Source: Alphaproteobacteria bacterium
Lineage (GTDB): Bacteria; Pseudomonadota; Alphaproteobacteria; GCA-2731375
Assembly (NCBI GenBank): GCA_965232515.1
Contig: CBDDPY010000002.1
Span: 7,268,417 to 7,332,416, forward strand
Reading direction: 5' to 3'
Length of the DNA: 64,000 nucleotides
The notes under the pieces are model-generated. The model was given only the letters and a program-made list of their open reading frames with translations. It did not search any database and had not been told where the DNA came from. The first letter of the stretch is position 1. The number at the start of each line of letters is the position of its first letter. The translations under genes were made by a program, and so were the position numbers. This document shows positions 59,937 to 64,000 of this stretch, one piece after another.

Positions 59937-62384
59937 TCAGTCCGCGCCGAACCGCACCAGCTCTTGCGGTTGGTCGGCGCGTTCATAACGGCGGGCAGGC
60001 GTGTTGACAACCGGCGCCAGTGGCGCCGCGTCGAAGCCGACGCCGGCCCGGTCGCGCGATACGTCGTCATAGATCGTCGTGCGCTGCCGCGGCGTTCGCC
60101 CGCAGTCCTGGATCAGCGCCTCCATCTCGGCCGGCGGCAGTTCCTGGCCGTGGCTGGCGCCGGCCGCCCGCGTGATGGTCTCGTTCATCAGCGTGCCGCC
60201 AAGATCGTTGGCGCCGGCGTTGAGGCAGGTCCGCACGCCTTCCGGCCCCATCTTCACCCACGAGGTTTGGATGTTCGGGATATGCGGATGCAGGGCGAGG
60301 CGCGCGACAGCATGCATCAGCACGGCCTCGCGAAAGGTCGGTCCTTTGCGCGCCCGGCCCTTGAGATAGATCGGCGCCTCCATGGGCACGAAGGGCAGCG
60401 GCACGAACTCGGTGAAGCCCCCGGTCCGGGCCTGCAGGTCGCGCAGCCGCAACAAATGCCGGGCCCAGTGCTCGGGCCGCTCGACATGGCCGTACATGAT
60501 CGTCGCGGTCGTGCGCAGGCCGGCCGCGTGCGCCGCCGCCATGACCTCCAGCCATTGCGCGGTGTTGATCTTGTCCGGACAGATCACCGCGCGGACCTCG
60601 TCATCCAGCACCTCGGCCGCGGTGCCGGGCAGGGAGCCGAGTCCCGCCGCGCGCAGGTCGGCGAGGAACGTCGGCAGGTCGCGGCCCAGCGTCTTCGCGC
60701 CCTGCCAGACCTCCAGCGGCGAGAAGGCGTGGATGTGCATCTCCGGCGCCGCTTCCTTCACGGCGCGGCAGATGTCGAGATAGGTCTGGCCGGTGTATTC
60801 GGGGTGAATGCCGCCCTGCATGCAGACTTCCGTGGCGCCGCGCGCCCAGGCTTCCTCGACCCGGCGCGCGATCTCATCCAGCGCCAGGTCGTAGGGTCGG
60901 CCGCGCAGGTTCTCGCTCAGCTTGCCCTTCGAGAAGGCGCAGAACTGGCACTTGAAGTAGCAGATGTTGGTGTAGTTGATGTTCCGGTTGACGGCGTAGC
61001 TGACGATGTCGCCGTTGACCTGCCGGCGCAGCCGGTCCGCCGTTTCACAGACTGCGTGAAAGGCGTCGCCGCGCGACCGGAACAGCCGCGTGATCTCGCC
61101 TTCCGTCAGGTCCGCGCTGTCCGCGGCCTTGTCGAGGATCGGTTGCAGTTCGTCGCCGCTCGATCCGATGCCGGCGACGACATCCGGCAACGGCGCCGTC
61201 GAGCCGGGTGTCCAGTCGTCGCTGCGCGCAAAGCCGTCGGCGTCGATCGCACGCAGCACCGGCGTGCGCAGATCGGTCGCCAGCCAGCGTTCGGGTTCGG
61301 CCGTATAGGCCGGATAGATCGCCAGCCGCTCGGTCAGGACATGGCCGCAGGCCGCCGTCTCTTCCGCCAGCGCACGCAGGTGCGGCCAGGGCGCTTCCGG
61401 ATTCACGTAGTCCGGCGTCACCGGCGAGACGCCGCCCCAGTCGTTCAGACCGGCCGCGGCCAGTCGCGGCAACGCGCCGGGGCTGAGGTTCGGCGGCGCC
61501 TGGATGTTCATCTCCGGTCCGAACAGCAGGCGCGTGACGGAGATGGTCCAGAGCAATTCGTCCAGATCCGGCTCCGGCGCGTCGGCCATGCGCGTGCCGG
61601 GCTTGGCGCGGAAGTTCTGGACGATGATCTCCTGGATATGACCGTGACGGTCCTGCAGGTCGCGCAACGCCAGCAGCGACTCGACCCGCTCGGCCCGGGT
61701 CTCGCCGATGCCGATCAGGATGCCGGAGGTAAACGGCACCTGCTGCCGGCCGGCCTCGGCAATGGTCTCGAGCCGCACCTCGGGCCGCTTGTCGGGCGAG
61801 CCGAAATGCGGACCGCCGCGTTCGCTCAAGCGCGGCGCCGCGCTCTCCAGCATGATGCCCTGCGATACCGAGACCGCGCGCAAGGTCGCGATCTCATCGG
61901 CTGTCATCACGCCGGGATTGAGATGCGGCAGCAGGCCGGTCTCGTCCAGCACCAGCTTCGCCATCTCGGCGAGATAGGACAGCGTCGTCTCGTGCCCCAT
62001 GGCCGCCAGCTCGTCGCGGGCCACGCGGTAGCGCCGCTCCGGTTTGTCGCCGAGCGTGAACAGCGCCTCGTGGCAGCCGGCTTCGGCTCCGGCGCGCGCG
62101 ACGGCCAGAATCTGCTCGGGCGTCATATAGGCCGGCTCGCCGCGCCGCGGCGGATGCGCGAAGGTGCAGTAATGGCAGACGTCGCGGCAGAGCTGCGTCA
62201 GCGGGATGAACACCTTGCGGGAATAGGAGATCACGTCGCCGTGCCCGGCATCCCGAAGATCGGCGGCGGCTTCCATCAACGCCGGCAGGTCCGTGTCCTT
62301 GGCCAGGCGAACGGCCTCATCCGCCGACGGCCGATGGCCGTCGCGGATGGCGGTGATCAGCTTTTCCATGTCGTCCGCGCTCAT
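59937..62384 (-). CDS. fbiC: FO synthase, bifunctional CofG-CofH radical SAM enzyme
   Basis: YSRKVFIPLTQLCRDVCHYCTF and NRNINYTNICYFKCQFCAF (two CxxxCxxC), NDWGGVSP, GGTLMNETITRAAG. Confidence 0.96.
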   Translation of the reverse strand: MSADDMEKLITAIRDGHRPSADEAVRLAKDTDLPALMEAAADLRDAGHGDVISYSRKVFIPLTQLCRDVCHYCTFAHPPRRGEPAYMTPEQILAVARAGAEAGCHEALFTLGDKPERRYRVARDELAAMGHETTLSYLAEMAKLVLDETGLLPHLNPGVMTADEIATLRAVSVSQGIMLESAAPRLSERGGPHFGSPDKRPEVRLETIAEAGRQQVPFTSGILIGIGETRAERVESLLALRDLQDRHGHIQEIIVQNFRAKPGTRMADAPEPDLDELLWTISVTRLLFGPEMNIQAPPNLSPGALPRLAAAGLNDWGGVSPVTPDYVNPEAPWPHLRALAEETAACGHVLTERLAIYPAYTAEPERWLATDLRTPVLRAIDADGFARSDDWTPGSTAPLPDVVAGIGSSGDELQPILDKAADSADLTEGEITRLFRSRGDAFHAVCETADRLRRQVNGDIVSYAVNRNINYTNICYFKCQFCAFSKGKLSENLRGRPYDLALDEIARRVEEAWARGATEVCMQGGIHPEYTGQTYLDICRAVKEAAPEMHIHAFSPLEVWQGAKTLGRDLPTFLADLRAAGLGSLPGTAAEVLDDEVRAVICPDKINTAQWLEVMAAAHAAGLRTTATIMYGHVERPEHWARHLLRLRDLQARTGGFTEFVPLPFVPMEAPIYLKGRARKGPTFREAVLMHAVARLALHPHIPNIQTSWVKMGPEGVRTCLNAGANDLGGTLMNETITRAAGASHGQELPPAEMEALIQDCGRTPRQRTTIYDDVSRDRAGVGFDAAPLAPVVNTPARRYERADQPQELVRFGAD

Positions 62385-63058
62385 GATGCCTCCGCGGCCA
62401 GGTCGGCCGGCTTCGGCAGTCGCTTCGCGATGCCGCTGTCCCGCAGATAGTGATGCGTCGCCGTATCGCCCGGCCGCGCCAGCAGGGCCTGCAGGTCGTC
62501 CGGCGTGTCGATGTCGAGCGCCAGGCCCGGCAGCTTCAAGATCACGGGCTCGATGCCCAGTCCGCGCGCGACCTCGAGATGCGGCCGGAAGCTGTCGTTG
62601 CCGAAGCGCAGCGGCACCGCGTCCGGCGGCGAGCAGGCAACGCAGTTCGAGCCGCGCTCGTCATGCGCCGGCACGATGGTCATGGCCGGCGCGTCGCCGT
62701 GCGCCGCCAGCACCTGCTCGATCTCGCCCGCCGCGATCAGCGGCACGTCGCCCGGCACCTGCAACATGCCGTCGGCGCCAACGTCCCGTAGCCGCGTCGC
62801 CGCCGCGGTCACGGCCGCCGTATGCCCGGCATTCACCGCCTCGACATGTATGCGCGCACCCAGCTCCTGCGCCAGCTCCATCGCCCAGGGGTCGCGCGTC
62901 ACCACCATGACGCCATCGAGCCCGCTCACATGCGTGAGCGTCCGCAGCACGTCGGCGGCCATGGTGCGGAACAGGCGTTGTCGCTCGTCCGGCGTCAGCA
63001 CCGCCGCCAGGCGCTGCTTGGCGTCCGTCACATCCTTGATCGGCAGCACGGCCCACAT
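62381..63058 (-). CDS. cofC: Phospholactate/PEP guanylyltransferase CofC/FbiD
   Basis: PIK....AKQRL, GDVPL, RFG.DSF..H, LDIDTPDDL. Confidence 0.92.
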   Translation of the reverse strand: MWAVLPIKDVTDAKQRLAAVLTPDERQRLFRTMAADVLRTLTHVSGLDGVMVVTRDPWAMELAQELGARIHVEAVNAGHTAAVTAAATRLRDVGADGMLQVPGDVPLIAAGEIEQVLAAHGDAPAMTIVPAHDERGSNCVACSPPDAVPLRFGNDSFRPHLEVARGLGIEPVILKLPGLALDIDTPDDLQALLARPGDTATHHYLRDSGIAKRLPKPADLAAEAS

Positions 63059-63142
63059 CAGGCGTGCGCCCAATCCGGCTGGGAAACTGAAGACAAGTGT
63101 TCGATCACGCGGTTCCTCGGAATTGCGGGGTGGTGCTCAATA

Positions 63143-64000
63143 TCAGGTGAGACCGGTCGACGATGTCAACGCGCCCGTCATGCTAGCGCGCGGCAGGTCG
63201 GCCGCGAAAGCCAATACCGCCTCGGCCAGCGCGATCCGGTCCTCGAGGCTGGTCATCACCGTGTTCGTGACCGTCACAGCGATGCCGAGATCGCGAATGG
63301 AATCCGCTGCGTCGGCATCGCTGCTGTCGAGCACGAAGCCGTCGATCAGGCCGGCATAGTGGCGCGCGACCTCGACCGCCGTGCTGGAAAGGCCCAACTC
63401 CCGCATCATCTTCGCGGTTGGCCCCTTGATGGCCTGGCCGCCGACGATGGGCGACACGGCGATGACGGGCGCGGGGCTTTCAACAATGGCGTCGCGGACG
63501 CCGGGCACTGCCAGGATCGGATCGATGCTGATGAACGGGTTCGACGGGCAGATGACGATGGCCGCGAGGTCGGGGTCGGCGAGCGCCGCCGCAAAGGCCG
63601 CCGACGGTTCGGCTGTGTCTGCACCGTCGAAGCGAAAGCCGGTCACTTCGGGCCGGCATTGCTCGCGCACGAAATAGTGCTGGAAGGCGAGGGGACCGTC
63701 GGGTGTCAGCACCGTCGTACGCACCGGCCGGTCGCTCATCGGCGCGACGGCGGCGCGGATGCCGAGGCGGCGGCGGAAGTCGTCGGTGATGGCCGACAGG
63801 GTCTCGCCGTCGGCAAGGCGGCGCGTGCGCTCGACATGCGTCGCAAGATCGCCGTCGCCCAAAAAGAACCAGGTCTCGCCGCCCAGCGCCTCCAGCGCCG
63901 TCATGAACGTGCCGGTCTCGCCGGCCCGGCCCCAGCCGGTCTCGGAATTGTTCAGGCCGGCGAGCGTGTAGGTCAGCGTGTCGATATCAGGACAGACCGT
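63143..64000 (-). CDS. cofD: 2-phospho-L-lactate transferase CofD/FbiA (5' end beyond window)
   Basis: CPDIDTLTYTLAG, WFFLGDGDLATH, FQHYFV, CPSNPFISIDPIL, VSPIVGG.AIKGP.AKMM. Confidence 0.95.
   Translation of the reverse strand, partial: TVCPDIDTLTYTLAGLNNSETGWGRAGETGTFMTALEALGGETWFFLGDGDLATHVERTRRLADGETLSAITDDFRRRLGIRAAVAPMSDRPVRTTVLTPDGPLAFQHYFVREQCRPEVTGFRFDGADTAEPSAAFAAALADPDLAAIVICPSNPFISIDPILAVPGVRDAIVESPAPVIAVSPIVGGQAIKGPTAKMMRELGLSSTAVEVARHYAGLIDGFVLDSSDADAADSIRDLGIAVTVTNTVMTSLEDRIALAEAVLAFAADLPRASMTGALTSSTGLT

Noticed and set aside
59019-62450. 1143-aa plus-strand ORF
   Set aside because: Antisense shadow of fbiC and the hydroxylase, which have unambiguous motifs

Overview
High-GC bacterial window; the gene families and a PleC/DivJ-type kinase suggest an alphaproteobacterium. 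It has four blocks. (1) 1-21.7 kb is a PQQ/quinoprotein island: a PedABC/LutAEF-like ABC transporter, a PqqT-like ABC transporter, and pqqABCDE (pqqA is missing from the ORF track; found at 7755-7832). A divergent operon encodes an atypical PQQ dehydrogenase (twin-Arg leader, lanthanide-type DYD motif, no vicinal Cys-Cys), a cytochrome c, two small exported proteins and a DUF1800/DUF1501 pair. It converges on a MoxR-DUF58-VWA-VWA-TPR (Bat/MxaRSACKL-like) operon ending in an S8 protease. (2) 22-44 kb holds an M48-like pseudo-peptidase, two hydantoinase/oxoprolinase A/B pairs with a TRAP transporter, isochorismatase, an atypical alpha/beta hydrolase, GntR, TauD and a sugar-type ABC/RraA/dehydrogenase operon. 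(3) 44-58 kb holds a PAS histidine kinase, a TRAP-IDH/IPMDH-GntR-racemase-third hydantoinase module, SDRs and small proteins. (4) 58-64 kb holds F420 biosynthesis genes (cofD partial, cofC, fbiC) followed by a PKHD-type Fe/2OG dioxygenase. Two copies of a palindromic REP-like element are present. I saw no rRNA, tRNA, CRISPR array or transposase. The best candidate for an undescribed system is the atypical lanthanide-type PQQ dehydrogenase locus with its DUF1800/DUF1501 and MoxR/VWA partners. All family calls come from motif recognition, not database searches.
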